Below are positions 41,774-52,494 of a stretch of DNA of 64,000 bases, piece after piece. Each line of letters opens with the position of its first letter. Positions within the stretch are counted from its first letter, which is position 1. The notes beneath the pieces were generated by a model that saw only the letters and a list, made by a program, of their open reading frames with translations, was not told the origin of the DNA and made no database searches. Both the position numbers and the translations under genes were made by a program. Source of the stretch: Tidjanibacter sp. (lineage in GTDB: Bacteria > Bacteroidota > Bacteroidia > Bacteroidales > Rikenellaceae); NCBI GenBank assembly GCA_048214935.1, contig DBFWXZ010000026.1:346173-410172 (forward strand), written 5' to 3'.

Positions 41774-43933
41774 ATGTTCGGAAGTACGTTCGTTTCAAAA
41801 ACTGCCGTTGCGGCAGGGGCGTTGCTGGTTGCCGCGGCGCTTACCAATTGCGGTTCAGGCATGAAGAAAATAAATACTATGCCGTATCCCGAAACGGCCA
41901 AAGTGGATGCCGTGGACGATTACCACGGCACGAAGGTAGCCGACCCGTACCGGTGGCTCGAGGATGACAATTCGGCCGAAACGGCCGCATGGATAAAGGC
42001 CGAAAACGAGGTGACCGACGATTATCTTTCGCAGATACCCTTCCGCGACCTCGTGCGCGAGCGCCTTACCCGGCTCTGGAATTATGAAAAGACCGGCGCT
42101 CCGGTCAAGGTAGGCGACTATTACGTATTTTTCCGCAACGACGGTTTGCAGAATCAGTCGGTCATGTATATAAAGAAGGGACTCGACGGCGAGCCTTCGA
42201 TACTGCTCGACCCGAACACCCTGTCGTCCGACGGAACCGTGGCTCTGGGCGACGTTTCTTTTTCCGAGGACGGCAAGTACATGGCCTACGGTCTTGCGTC
42301 GGCCGGTTCGGACTGGGTTACCCTGCACGTTAAGGAGATTCCTTCGGGCCGCGACCTGCCCGACGTGATAAAGTGGCTGAAATTTTCCGGCGCTTCGTGG
42401 GCCGCCGATTCCGAGGGCTTTTATTACAGCGCCTACGACGAACCGGCTGAAAGCGAACTCCTGTCGGGTCAGAACCGAAACCAGAAGGTGATGTATCACA
42501 GGCTCGGAACCGAGCAGTCGGCCGACCGCCTGATATACCGCGACCCGGAGCATCCTCTGCGTTACCTGTCGGGCGGCGAAAGCAAGGACGGCCGCTGGAT
42601 ATTCATATCCGCTACGGAAGGGACGCACGGGACCGAAATACTTTTCCGTCCGACGAAGGGCAACGGCAGGTTCCGGATACTGTTCCCCGGTTTCGACAAC
42701 GACTATGCCGTGGTCAGAGCCGAGAACGACAAGGCATGGGTCTATACCAATGCCGGCGCTCCCAACTATCGGCTGGTCGTGATAGACCTTAAAAATCCGT
42801 CGAAAGGACTGAGCGATGTACTGCCCGAAAACAAGGAGCACCTGCTCGAAGGGGTTTCGTTCGTCGGAGGTTACATAATAGGACAATATCTGGAAGATGC
42901 CACCGGGCGGGCTTACCAGTACGATATGGACGGCAAGCCGGTGCGCAAGATAGAACTTCCCGGCATAGGAACCATAAGCGGTTTCGGAGGAAAGGACAAG
43001 GATACGGAAACGTTCTATACTTTCACCAATTTCATAACTCCCGCGGAAGTTTACCGCTATGACCTCGCTACAGGGAAATCCGAAATTTACACTCGTCCCA
43101 AGCTCAATTACGACCCCGGCATGTTCATGGTGGAACAGGTGTTCTATCCGAGCAAGGACGGTACGATGATACCGATGTTCGTGGTACACCGCAAGGACAT
43201 GAAATTCGACGGCAGCAATCCGACCTATCTTTACGGTTACGGCGGATTCAATGTCAGCCTTACCCCCGGTTTCAGTCCGGTTTACATCGCGCTGATGGAG
43301 CAGGGCGGCGTCTATGCTCTGGCCAATCTGCGCGGAGGAGGCGAATACGGCGAAAAGTGGCATCGGGCCGGTATGCTGGACAAAAAACAGAACGTGTTCG
43401 ACGACTTTATAGCGGCCGGAGAATTTCTGATAGACCGGGAATATACCTCGAAGGGCAAGCTGGCGATTGCCGGCGGTTCCAACGGCGGCCTGCTGGTGGG
43501 CGCGTGCATGACGCAGCGTCCCGACCTGTTCGCCGTGGCGTTCCCCGCCGTGGGCGTGATGGACATGCTCAGGTTCCACCTGTTTACCGTAGGCTGGGGC
43601 TGGGCCGTGGAATACGGAAGCAGCGAAGACCCGGAGCAGTTCGAATACATATACAGGTATTCCCCGCTGCACAATATCCGCGAAGGGGTGGAGTATCCGG
43701 CCACGCTTATAACCACGGCCGACCACGACGACCGCGTGGTTCCGGCTCATTCGTTCAAATTCGCCGCAGCCCTTCAGGCCGCGCAGGCAGGCGACAGACC
43801 CATACTTATCCGCATCGAATCCAATGCGGGGCACAGTGCCGGCAAACCTACCTCGAAGCGGATTGCAGAGAACTCAGATGTGCTGTCGTTCCTGTTTTAC
43901 AATACGGATACGGAATACAGCCCGGTAAAATAA
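41774..43933 (+). CDS. Prolyl oligopeptidase (S9A) lipoprotein
   Basis: DPYRWLED, a beta-propeller middle section, the catalytic GGSNGGLL, and DDRV...HS.KF at the C-terminus. N-terminal lipobox LTNC. Confidence 0.9.
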   Translation: MFGSTFVSKTAVAAGALLVAAALTNCGSGMKKINTMPYPETAKVDAVDDYHGTKVADPYRWLEDDNSAETAAWIKAENEVTDDYLSQIPFRDLVRERLTRLWNYEKTGAPVKVGDYYVFFRNDGLQNQSVMYIKKGLDGEPSILLDPNTLSSDGTVALGDVSFSEDGKYMAYGLASAGSDWVTLHVKEIPSGRDLPDVIKWLKFSGASWAADSEGFYYSAYDEPAESELLSGQNRNQKVMYHRLGTEQSADRLIYRDPEHPLRYLSGGESKDGRWIFISATEGTHGTEILFRPTKGNGRFRILFPGFDNDYAVVRAENDKAWVYTNAGAPNYRLVVIDLKNPSKGLSDVLPENKEHLLEGVSFVGGYIIGQYLEDATGRAYQYDMDGKPVRKIELPGIGTISGFGGKDKDTETFYTFTNFITPAEVYRYDLATGKSEIYTRPKLNYDPGMFMVEQVFYPSKDGTMIPMFVVHRKDMKFDGSNPTYLYGYGGFNVSLTPGFSPVYIALMEQGGVYALANLRGGGEYGEKWHRAGMLDKKQNVFDDFIAAGEFLIDREYTSKGKLAIAGGSNGGLLVGACMTQRPDLFAVAFPAVGVMDMLRFHLFTVGWGWAVEYGSSEDPEQFEYIYRYSPLHNIREGVEYPATLITTADHDDRVVPAHSFKFAAALQAAQAGDRPILIRIESNAGHSAGKPTSKRIAENSDVLSFLFYNTDTEYSPVK

Positions 43934-43958
43934 TCCGGGGTTCCGTACGTTGTTATCA

Positions 43959-43987
43959 ATCCGGGCCGGTTCCATGCCGGCCCGGAT
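43959..43987 (+). terminator. Hairpin after the prolyl oligopeptidase gene
   Basis: ATCCGGGCCGG / CCGGCCCGGAT 11-bp stem with a 7-nt loop. The T-tract is weak. Confidence 0.45.
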
Positions 43988-44022
43988 TATCGATATCGGT
44001 AATGCTTTTATAAGGCGATGAT

Positions 44023-45306
44023 ATGAAAGTGTATAAGTTCGGAGGCGCGTCGGTCGCAAGTGCGGAGGGGGTTCGTAACCTCGCCTCTATAGTATCGGCG
44101 GAGCCGGGCAGACTTCTGGTTATAGTTTCGGCCATGGGGAAGACTACCAATGCGCTCGAAAACGCATTGGAGTGTTTCGTAAGCGGGAATGCTTCGGAAG
44201 CCGTCGGAAGGCTCCGTGCGGTCGGGGAGTACCACGCCTGTATTATGGACGGCCTTTGGGGGCCGGACGGCGCGGAGCGCATGGCCGCGGGCCGTTCCGT
44301 CGATGCCTTGTGGGACGAGCTGGAGAGCCTGCTCGCAGGTTCGGAGCCCGGATTGAAAAGTTACGACGAATGGTACGATGCCGTCGTGAGCTACGGCGAG
44401 TTGGTTTCGACCGCGATAGTCCGCGCTTGGCTGGCGGGGACTGCGGAAGGCGGCTGTCGCCGGGTAGATATGCGCCGTCTGTTCGTCACCGATTCCCGGC
44501 ACCGCGACGCTAACGTGAATACGGAACTGTCGGCTCCGAGGTTGCGAAAAGCATGGGAGGAAACGGACGCCCGCATTATGGTCGGGCAGGGGTTTATCGG
44601 CGCGGATGCTTCGGGGGCCACGACCACGCTCGGCCGCGAAGGTTCGGATTACTCGGCAGCCGTAGCCGCATATATGCTCGATGCGGAGAGCGTGACAATC
44701 TGGAAGGATGTGCGCGGCATACTGAACGCCGACCCCAAGCTGTTTCCGGATGCGCGGCATATTCCCGTTCTGGGGTATCTGGATGCCATAGAACTGGCGC
44801 ACAGCGGAGCGCAGGTGATTCATCCGAAAACTATCAAGCCGTTACAGAACAAGAACATACCGCTTTATGTGAAATGCTTTTCCGACCCTTCGCTTCCCGG
44901 AAGCGCGATATGCGGGGGCGACGTGGAACGCACGTCGCTGCCGGTGATAATCCTCAAGCGCGGGCAGGTGCTGCTGACCCTCAGGCCCGACGATTTTTCG
45001 TTCGTGTTGGGGGAGAAACTTTCCGACGCTTTTTCCATGCTGGAAAAACACCGGATAAAGATTAACATGATTCAAAGCTCGGCCGTAAGCCTGAGTTTGT
45101 GCATAGATGCTTCCCGCAATCTGGAGTCGCTGGTGGAAGAGCTTCGTGAGAAAGGGTTCCATGCCGGCTGGAACACCTCGATGGAACTGCTGACCATACG
45201 CGGCTATACTCCGGAACAGGACGAACTTTACGCCGAAGCCGAGGGCGTATATATGGTACAGCGCACGCGGCGTTCGCTTCGCATAGTCCGCAGGTCCGTA
45301 AAGTAA
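44023..45306 (+). CDS. lysC: Aspartate kinase
   Basis: MKVYKFGGASV...VVSAMGKTTN...GREGSDYSAA, with a C-terminal ACT-like region. Confidence 0.9.
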   Translation: MKVYKFGGASVASAEGVRNLASIVSAEPGRLLVIVSAMGKTTNALENALECFVSGNASEAVGRLRAVGEYHACIMDGLWGPDGAERMAAGRSVDALWDELESLLAGSEPGLKSYDEWYDAVVSYGELVSTAIVRAWLAGTAEGGCRRVDMRRLFVTDSRHRDANVNTELSAPRLRKAWEETDARIMVGQGFIGADASGATTTLGREGSDYSAAVAAYMLDAESVTIWKDVRGILNADPKLFPDARHIPVLGYLDAIELAHSGAQVIHPKTIKPLQNKNIPLYVKCFSDPSLPGSAICGGDVERTSLPVIILKRGQVLLTLRPDDFSFVLGEKLSDAFSMLEKHRIKINMIQSSAVSLSLCIDASRNLESLVEELREKGFHAGWNTSMELLTIRGYTPEQDELYAEAEGVYMVQRTRRSLRIVRRSVK

Positions 45307-45307
45307 A

Positions 45308-45970
45308 TTACCACACTATTTCTTCCTTGCCCACCGAACGCAGGTATTCATTGGCGAGGGCGAAGTGCCGGTTGCCGAAAAATCCCCGATAGGCGGACAG
45401 CGGCGACGGATGCGCGCTTTTCAGAATGCAGTTGCGCCACGGATTCACGATTTCGCCCTTTTTCTGGGCGTAGCTGCCCCAGAGCATATATACTATCTCT
45501 TCCTTGCGTTCGGAAATTGCTTTTACGACTGCGTCGGTGAACCGCTCCCAGCCTTTTCCGGAATGCGAAGCCGCCTGATGAGCCCGTACGGTCAGCACGG
45601 AGTTGAGCAGCAGCACGCCCTGTTCTGCCCAGCGGTCGAGGTTTCCGCTGGCGGGAAGGGGGGCTCCGGTGTCGTCGTGCACCTCCTTGAAAATATTTTG
45701 CAGGGACGGAGGAAACTCCACTCCGTCGTTTACCGAGAAGCTAAGGCCGTTGGCCTGTCCCGGACCGTGATAGGGGTCCTGACCGATGATAACCACCTTC
45801 AGTATGTCGAACGGACACTTGTCGAACGCCCGGAAAATATTGCTTCCGGCCGGATAAACCTTCCCGGATGCGTATTCCTGCCGCACGAAACGGGTAAGCT
45901 CCTCGAAATACGGCTTGTCGAATTCGGGCTGGAGGATGCGTTTCCAATCCTCGGCTATCTTCACGTCCAT
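45308..45970 (-). CDS. ung: Uracil-DNA glycosylase (family 1)
   Basis: VIIGQDPYHGPGQANGLSFSV...LLLN..LTV...HPSPLSA. Confidence 0.95.
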   Translation of the reverse strand: MDVKIAEDWKRILQPEFDKPYFEELTRFVRQEYASGKVYPAGSNIFRAFDKCPFDILKVVIIGQDPYHGPGQANGLSFSVNDGVEFPPSLQNIFKEVHDDTGAPLPASGNLDRWAEQGVLLLNSVLTVRAHQAASHSGKGWERFTDAVVKAISERKEEIVYMLWGSYAQKKGEIVNPWRNCILKSAHPSPLSAYRGFFGNRHFALANEYLRSVGKEEIVW

Positions 45971-45982
45971 GGTTCGTATGGT

Positions 45983-46939
45983 TTAGTTGCCCCGCATAAG
46001 GTCGTAAAGCTCGATTATTCCGGCCAGCGAGCCGGAATCGTCCACGACAAGCAGGGAATGTATCTTGTGGCGGTGCATTATATCTTCGGCGTCGGTTACA
46101 CGTGCCGACTGGTTTACCGTTTTGGGAGTTCGGGTCATTATTTCGTCCGCCGTTACATCGAAGAAACGGCTGCCGTACTTCTGCATCGCCCGCCTTATGT
46201 CGCCGTCGGTGACGAGGCCGAGTATGCGGCCGTCCTGCATGATTACGGCTACTCCCATGCGGGCGTTGCTGATGGCTATAATCGCGTCGCTCAGTTTCGT
46301 GCGCGGCTCCACGCACGGCAGGTCGTCGCGCCGCATCACGTCGGCCACCTTGGTTAGCAGCCGCCGTCCGAGCGAGCCTCCCGGATGAAAGCGGGCGAAA
46401 TCCTCCGCACGGAATCCGCGCAGGTGCATCAACGCTATGGCCAATGCGTCGCCCATTACGAGGGTCGCCGTCGTGGACGAGGTAGGAGCGAGCGACAGCG
46501 GACACGCTTCCTCGCTTACGGCTACGTTCAGGTGGTAGGCCGTGTTGCGCGCAAGGGTGGATTGGGGATTGCCGGTCATAGAAATGACCGTGTTCCCGTT
46601 TTCCTGCAAATAGGGAATAAGCCTTAGCACCTCGTCTGTCTGCCCGGAGTAGGAGAGGGCGAGCACTACGTCCGTTTTGCCTATCATCCCGAGGTCGCCG
46701 TGGTAGGCTTCTCCGGGATGCAGGAAAAAGGACGGCGTTCCGGTGCTTGCGAGCGTGGCCGCTATCTTGCGACCTATGATTCCCGATTTCCCCATGCCGG
46801 TGACGATGACTTTCCCCCGGCATTCGTGAACTGCCCGCACCGCATGCTCGAAATCGTCGGTCAGAAGGTCGCCCATCCGGGCTATGGCTTCGCTTTCCAC
46901 CCGGAAAGTGTGAATGGCGCTTTGAATTATATCGGTCAT
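45983..46939 (-). CDS. kdsD: Arabinose-5-phosphate isomerase (KpsF/GutQ family; SIS + 2 CBS domains)
   Basis: GKVIVTGMGKSG.IGRKIAATLASTGTPSFFLHP.EA.HGDLG, with C-terminal CBS pairs. Confidence 0.9.
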   Translation of the reverse strand: MTDIIQSAIHTFRVESEAIARMGDLLTDDFEHAVRAVHECRGKVIVTGMGKSGIIGRKIAATLASTGTPSFFLHPGEAYHGDLGMIGKTDVVLALSYSGQTDEVLRLIPYLQENGNTVISMTGNPQSTLARNTAYHLNVAVSEEACPLSLAPTSSTTATLVMGDALAIALMHLRGFRAEDFARFHPGGSLGRRLLTKVADVMRRDDLPCVEPRTKLSDAIIAISNARMGVAVIMQDGRILGLVTDGDIRRAMQKYGSRFFDVTADEIMTRTPKTVNQSARVTDAEDIMHRHKIHSLLVVDDSGSLAGIIELYDLMRGN

Positions 46940-47709
46940 AGCAGCGTTTTTATTACGGTTTCGAGCCGGGCCAGTGCGAGCGAGTTGGGGCCGTCGCTCA
47001 GGGCTTTGTCCGGGTCGGGATGGACCTCGAAGAAAAAGCTGTTGGCTCCGAACGCCTTGGCTGCGAGAGCCATTGCCGGAATGAACTCGCGGTTCCCTCC
47101 GGTGGCGCCGCCCGCCGAGCCGGGACGCTGCACGCTGTGCGTGCAGTCCATTACGACGCGCGGGACTATTTCCAGCATGTCGGGTATATTCCGGAAGTCC
47201 ACTACCAGATTATTGTATCCGAACGAATTGCCGCGTTCGGTGAGCCATGCTTCGCTGCCTCCGCTGTCGAGCACTTTCCGCACCGGGTAGTACATGTCGC
47301 GCCCGGAAAGAAACTGCGCCTTTTTGATATTTACCGGACGCCCCGTCGAGGCCGCCGCCGTAAGCAGGTCGGTCTGCCGGCACAGGAACGCCGGTATCTG
47401 TATGACGTCCGCCACCTGTCCAACCGGTCCTGCCTGATAGGTTTCGTGGATGTCTGTCAGCACCGGAAGCCCGTATCGACTTTTTATATCGGAAAGCATG
47501 ACCAGCCCCTTTTCCATGCCGGGACCGCGGAAGGAGCCGAGCGAGGTACGGTTCGCCTTGTCGAACGAGGCCTTGAAATAAATTTCGAGTTCGTACCTGT
47601 CCCTGACGCGGGCTATTTCGGCGGCGATTTCGTCGAGAATTTCCGCATTTTCTATAACGCAGGGTCCGGCTATGAAAACGGTTCGGGTCGGAGTATTTTT
47701 ATCCGTCAT
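46936..47709 (-). CDS. kdsA: 3-deoxy-8-phosphooctulonate (KDO-8-P) synthase
   Basis: IAGPCVIE...FKASFDKANR.S...G.GLE.GL...Q.PAFLCRQTDL...DCTHSVQ.PG. ATGA overlap with kdsD. Confidence 0.9.
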   Translation of the reverse strand: MTDKNTPTRTVFIAGPCVIENAEILDEIAAEIARVRDRYELEIYFKASFDKANRTSLGSFRGPGMEKGLVMLSDIKSRYGLPVLTDIHETYQAGPVGQVADVIQIPAFLCRQTDLLTAAASTGRPVNIKKAQFLSGRDMYYPVRKVLDSGGSEAWLTERGNSFGYNNLVVDFRNIPDMLEIVPRVVMDCTHSVQRPGSAGGATGGNREFIPAMALAAKAFGANSFFFEVHPDPDKALSDGPNSLALARLETVIKTLL

Positions 47710-47808
47710 CGCAGGCAGCTTTTTAGACGCATGAAGCGGTAGGTAAAGTTAGGAAATAATTTTAAAACAGCGGAGTTATGACTGTAAAATGCACCTGTCG
47801 GCTCTCCT

Positions 47809-48441
47809 TCAAGTTATCCATGCTACTATAAGGCCGCTTGCAAGGCGGAAGTTCGCCGCCGGTATCCGTTCGCCGCATACGCGGCACCCGGCCTCTCCGT
47901 AAGTCCCGGAATCGTCCTCACGGAGTTTCAGGCTTTCTACCCGTATGTCACGGATAAAGTCCGGTGCGTTTTTCCCCGCATACTTGTATGCCGACTCCTT
48001 GATACACCATATTATTCCCTCGAAATGCCGGCTCCGCGCTTCCGGAAGCATCCGCTCGGCGGAAGAAACGTAGCGGGAAGCGGCCCTGTCGAATCTTCTG
48101 TCGGCTTCCTCTATATCCACCGCGCACTTGTGCGGCGAGAAAAGCACGGCAACCGCGTCCGCCGTATGCGACACGCTTATATGTTTTATTTCGGGACGAA
48201 GTGCGGAAAAAGACGTGAGCACCGGAGCGCCCGACGGTTCGTATCCTATGCCCACCGGCCCGAGGGTACGCCTTGCGACGGCCCGCCATGCGGTCCATTC
48301 GGCCCGCCGCCTTTCGGGCGACAAGAGTTCGGCCTCGGCCTTTTCCGTTTCGGTAAGCCATTGTCCGTGCTCTGCGGTGGCAGGAGCGAGTATTATAAAG
48401 GCTCCGCTGCCTGCATCCATAATGGTTTCGGAAATCCCCAT
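47809..48441 (-). CDS. 4'-phosphopantetheinyl transferase (Sfp-type)
   Basis: ISVSHTADAVAV...CAVDIE and WCIKESAYKY motifs. Confidence 0.7.
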   Translation of the reverse strand: MGISETIMDAGSGAFIILAPATAEHGQWLTETEKAEAELLSPERRRAEWTAWRAVARRTLGPVGIGYEPSGAPVLTSFSALRPEIKHISVSHTADAVAVLFSPHKCAVDIEEADRRFDRAASRYVSSAERMLPEARSRHFEGIIWCIKESAYKYAGKNAPDFIRDIRVESLKLREDDSGTYGEAGCRVCGERIPAANFRLASGLIVAWIT

Positions 48442-48446
48442 GTCTT

Positions 48447-49772
48447 TCAGGAGCGCGGTTCGGCTGGCAATTCCACTTTAATCGTACCGATGCGCCGTCC
48501 GTCGAGCGAGTCCACGGTAAAGCGGATTCCGTGCGTAGCGAGCGATTCGCCTTTTTTCAGGAAGTCGCCGCGTATTTCGAGCATCAGGCCGGCTATCGTT
48601 TCGGCTTCGCCTTTAACGTCGTCGAAAATACCTTCGTCCAGACCCGCCACGCGCTCGAAATCCCAAAGCGTGGTCGTACCCTCGAAAAGATAAACGCTGT
48701 CGGATATTTTGGTGTATTTCACATGGTCCGTGTCGCTTTCGTCGGTTATTTCGCCTACGATTTCCTCTACTATGTCTTCGAGGGAAACGAGGCCGAGCGT
48801 GGAGCCGTATTCGTCGACCACTATGGCCAGATGCACCTTGTTCTTGCGGAATTCTTCGAGCAGGTCGTGTATTTTCTTGTGTTCCGGTACATAGTAGGCG
48901 TTTCGGAGATGTTTACGCCATTCGAAACCGCTGTTTTCCGATATGAACGGAATGATATCCTTTACATAGAGTATTCCCTCTATGTTGTCTATGCTCTCGC
49001 GGTAGGCCGGAATCCGGGAAAATCCGGAATCCAGTATGACGCGCTTTACCTCGTCGAAATCCGATTCCACTTCGATTCCGGTTATGTCGGGCCTCGGCCG
49101 CATTATGTCCGTTACCTCCGTGCTGGCGAACGTGACTATTTCGGACAGCATCTCCTTCTGCGGCTGGTTCTGGGACGCGGTCATTTCCAATGCGTCGGAA
49201 AGTTCGTCTATGGAAATGTTGCCTCCGCTACGCTGTCCGTTTCCGAGCGAGCCTCCCAACTTTACGAGCAGCCACGACAGGGGCCTGAGCAGGCTTCGTG
49301 TCCAGCGGAGCGGAACGGCTACAATCCGCGCGAATCCCAGCGGGTTGTAGTTGGCGAATATTTTCGGCATGATTTCCCCGAACAGCAGAAGCAGGAACGT
49401 TACCAGAATCGTTTTGATTCCGAACTCCCAGGCTGTGCTTCCGAATGTTACGAGGGAATCTATTATGCGGTTCGACAGTATGACTATGCAGATGTTGACC
49501 AGATTGTTTATTATCAGGATTGTGGCCAACAGATAATTCTGGTCCGAGAGAAGCGAAATGACGGCTTTTCCGGCGCGGCTTTCCCACGAGCGGACTTTCC
49601 GAATGTCGGTTGGAGAAAGCGAGAAGAAAGCGGTTTCGGAACCGGACACCAACGCGGAAACCGCGAGCAACACCAGCAGAACCGCGAGGTTCCACAAGAC
49701 ATACGGCTCGAAAGGCCTGAAAATCATTATGCTGGTTAACGCTTCCAATTCCGGTAGGTATTGCAGGCGCAA
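48447..49772 (-). CDS. CNNM (DUF21)-CBS-CorC/HlyC family membrane protein (GldE-like)
   Basis: LVSGSETAFFSLSP, then TM helices, a CBS pair and a C-terminal CorC_HlyC region (LFEG...LWDFERV...). Confidence 0.75.
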   Translation of the reverse strand: MRLQYLPELEALTSIMIFRPFEPYVLWNLAVLLVLLAVSALVSGSETAFFSLSPTDIRKVRSWESRAGKAVISLLSDQNYLLATILIINNLVNICIVILSNRIIDSLVTFGSTAWEFGIKTILVTFLLLLFGEIMPKIFANYNPLGFARIVAVPLRWTRSLLRPLSWLLVKLGGSLGNGQRSGGNISIDELSDALEMTASQNQPQKEMLSEIVTFASTEVTDIMRPRPDITGIEVESDFDEVKRVILDSGFSRIPAYRESIDNIEGILYVKDIIPFISENSGFEWRKHLRNAYYVPEHKKIHDLLEEFRKNKVHLAIVVDEYGSTLGLVSLEDIVEEIVGEITDESDTDHVKYTKISDSVYLFEGTTTLWDFERVAGLDEGIFDDVKGEAETIAGLMLEIRGDFLKKGESLATHGIRFTVDSLDGRRIGTIKVELPAEPRS

Positions 49773-49804
49773 TTAAAGGGCCGCAAATTTTTTCGTCGGA
49801 TTAC

Positions 49805-51088
49805 TTATCCGAACAAATCGCCTTCATCGCTTCCCTTTTCCTCTTTTTCGCGTCCGTCGCGGACATCGTTTTCTCCCAGAGTAATACGCTGGGAACGGCC
49901 GGCCGGGGACGATTCGCCCAGCTTTACGCCGCGGCGTTTATAGGCGGGCACTTCCAGATAGTGCTCCACGTTTTCTATGTGAACTATCGGGTCCCATTTC
50001 AGAGCCACTATTTGCTGCGGTTGCTGGAACGTCGCACTGAAAGGGTTGGATGCCGGTATCGGTTCGGCCTTCCGGGAAGTTTCTTCCGTCCGAACACCGT
50101 CGAGCGACTCGAAGCCCGTAACCACCATGGTGATTTCGACGTCGTCGCCGAGGAATTCCTTGTATCCGGACCCCCAGATTATGTTGGTGTCGTTGGTGAC
50201 TTGTGCGGAACGGCTCGTCTTTTCCTGAATGTAGGAGAGAATGTAGTCGTGCTCCTCCGTAGTAGCCTTGCGGTCTTCGTACGAAATGTTCAGCAGCACG
50301 TCTTTCGCTCCGCGTATATCCTGATGATTGAGCAGAGGGGAGTTGAGTGCCGCTTCGGCCGCTTTGCGGATGCGGTCTTCGCCCCCAGCCCTCGAAACGG
50401 TCATAATGGCCATACCGCTGCCGCGCATGACCGTATCCACGTCCGCGAAGTCGACGTTCACATCCGTCGTTCGGGTTATCAGCTCGGCGATGCCTTTGGC
50501 GGCCGTGGCCAGTATGTCGTCGGCCTTGCCGAATGCCTCGTCGAGGGGAAGAGAACCGTAAATTTTTGATATGTTGTCGTTATGGATGACCACGAGGGCG
50601 TCCACGTTTTCCTTGAGCTGCTTGAGACCTTCGCCGGCCTGGTCCACGCGCTTGCGGCCTTCGGTGGAAAAGGGCATCGTAACTATGCCTACCGTAAGTA
50701 TTCCCCGGTCGCGGGCCGACTTGGCTATTACCGGAGCCGCGCCGGTTCCGGTCCCGCCTCCCATGCCGGCGGTTATGAACACCATGCGGGTATGCTCCTG
50801 CTCGAACCGGGTGGTAATGTCGTTGAGGCTTTCGAGGGCTGCCTGACGTCCGCGCAGGGGATTGTTGCCTGCCCCCAACCCTTCTCCCAACTGCACCTTT
50901 ATCGGAACGGGACTGCTGCGCAGGGCCTGCTTGTCGGTGTTGCACACCATGAACGTCACGTCCTCGATGCCCATGTCGTACATGTGGTTCACCGCATTCC
51001 CTCCGGCGCCTCCCACGCCGAGCACCATTATTATGGAGTGCTCCTTGGGTTCGAACCCCACTCCCTTCATAACTTCGTCTTCAATCAT
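49805..51088 (-). CDS. ftsZ: Cell division protein FtsZ
   Basis: GVGGAGGNAVNHM, NTDKQAL, GGGTGTGAAPVIA, C-terminal ...GDLFG. Confidence 0.97.
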   Translation of the reverse strand: MIEDEVMKGVGFEPKEHSIIMVLGVGGAGGNAVNHMYDMGIEDVTFMVCNTDKQALRSSPVPIKVQLGEGLGAGNNPLRGRQAALESLNDITTRFEQEHTRMVFITAGMGGGTGTGAAPVIAKSARDRGILTVGIVTMPFSTEGRKRVDQAGEGLKQLKENVDALVVIHNDNISKIYGSLPLDEAFGKADDILATAAKGIAELITRTTDVNVDFADVDTVMRGSGMAIMTVSRAGGEDRIRKAAEAALNSPLLNHQDIRGAKDVLLNISYEDRKATTEEHDYILSYIQEKTSRSAQVTNDTNIIWGSGYKEFLGDDVEITMVVTGFESLDGVRTEETSRKAEPIPASNPFSATFQQPQQIVALKWDPIVHIENVEHYLEVPAYKRRGVKLGESSPAGRSQRITLGENDVRDGREKEEKGSDEGDLFG

Positions 51089-51100
51089 GCCGGGTAGGGT

Positions 51101-52483
51101 TTACATGTCTTCGTCGATGATTTCGGGGTCGAATATCCTGCCTATGACCTCCTTGAACCAGCCGGGTTTCTTTTTCCGCTTTTTCCCGCCTGCCTGTCCG
51201 TTTCCGGTTTCGGGCTCTTGGATTTCTCCGCCGCCCTGTCCGTCCGTCACGGTTTCCGAAAGAGTTTCCGGTTCCTGCTCGGAAATTTCTCCGTCGAGTT
51301 CTTCTCTTTCGGTCACTTCTATCGGGGATTCCCGCAGGGCCATCAGCATAATCCCTATAACGGTGGAAAGAGACGGGTCGGACGCCTTTTCCAGCGAGTC
51401 GGCCGACAGTCCGTTTTCCGGAACGGCCGTCCGTACTTCCAAGCCCAGCTTGCGACGGAAAAGCTCCTCGGTACCGCTGAGGCAGGAGCCGCCGCCGGTC
51501 AGCACTATGCCCGAGGACAGCTTGCCTGCATATCCGGATTCCTTAAGAGCCTTTTCCACGGCTTCCACTATGTCGAGCATACGGGATTCGACGATTCGGG
51601 TAAGGTCGGAATACGAGATTACCTTGGTTTCGCGAGGCGTGCGTCCGGGAATGCGCAGCGATGCTTCGCGCTTGTCTTCCGGAATGGCATCGGCGGTCGC
51701 ATAGCCGTGGTTGATTTTCAGTTTTTCGATGTGGCGTTCCGGAATGGCGCTCGAACGTATGTCGCGGTTTATGGCATCGCTTCCGATAGGCAGCGTGGCT
51801 ACGTAACGCATTATGTTGCCGTACCAGATGCATATGTCCGTACAGCCGGCTCCTATGTCCACCACCGCTGCGCCCAAGTCGCGTTCGTCGTCCGAAAGTA
51901 CGGCTTCGGCGCTTGCGGCCGCATGGGCAAATATCTTGAGCGGAGAAACGCCTATGCGCTGAAATGTGCGTCCTATGCGGTCCACTATCGCGCGGTTTCC
52001 AAGTAGGAAATTGAACGTGGCCTCGAGCCGCTGTCCGAAGCGGCCCACCGGTTCCATGGTTTCAGACTGGGAGTCGATTACGTATTTCTGCGGAATGCGG
52101 TCGAGTATGCAGATGCCCTGCGGGGGCTGGAGGTTGTTCATGCTGTCCCAGAGCTTGCGCACGTCGTCGTCGCGGATTTCGTTGTCGCTTCCTCCGATGT
52201 AAACGTAATAGGAACTTTTGGCGCATTGCAGATGCTCGCCGGAGATTCCCGTGAACACCCCGTCTATTTTTCCGCCTACCATTTCTTCGAGGTCGCTCAC
52301 CGCAAGGCGAAGTCCGGCGGACACCTGTTCGATGTTGTTCACCTCGCCGCGCACGATTCCCTGCATCGGGTGACGCACTACGCCGAGCAGTCTGAGCCTT
52401 CCGTCGGGGTCCAGAGTGGCTGCCGCCGCGGCGATGTTTCCGCAGCCCAGCGACACGGCGGCGATATATTTATTTTTCTCCAC
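51101..52483 (-). CDS. ftsA: Cell division protein FtsA
   Basis: Actin-fold motifs (AVSLGCGNI, VVDIGAGCTDI, VLTGGGS) and a C-terminal basic amphipathic tail KKRKKKPGWFKEVIGRIF. Confidence 0.9.
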   Translation of the reverse strand: MEKNKYIAAVSLGCGNIAAAAATLDPDGRLRLLGVVRHPMQGIVRGEVNNIEQVSAGLRLAVSDLEEMVGGKIDGVFTGISGEHLQCAKSSYYVYIGGSDNEIRDDDVRKLWDSMNNLQPPQGICILDRIPQKYVIDSQSETMEPVGRFGQRLEATFNFLLGNRAIVDRIGRTFQRIGVSPLKIFAHAAASAEAVLSDDERDLGAAVVDIGAGCTDICIWYGNIMRYVATLPIGSDAINRDIRSSAIPERHIEKLKINHGYATADAIPEDKREASLRIPGRTPRETKVISYSDLTRIVESRMLDIVEAVEKALKESGYAGKLSSGIVLTGGGSCLSGTEELFRRKLGLEVRTAVPENGLSADSLEKASDPSLSTVIGIMLMALRESPIEVTEREELDGEISEQEPETLSETVTDGQGGGEIQEPETGNGQAGGKKRKKKPGWFKEVIGRIFDPEIIDEDM

Positions 52484-52494
52484 TTTGCCTTATG

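Noticed and set aside
43934-44022. Riboswitches or leaders: lysine riboswitch before lysC or dapD, cobalamin or SAM riboswitch before the metH operon, T-box before thrS or serS.
   Set aside because: The untranslated regions are too short: 89 nt before lysC (mostly a terminator hairpin), ~25-30 nt between promoter box and ATG for dapD, the QC-metH operon and serS, and 81 nt before thrS. I saw none of the conserved riboswitch cores.
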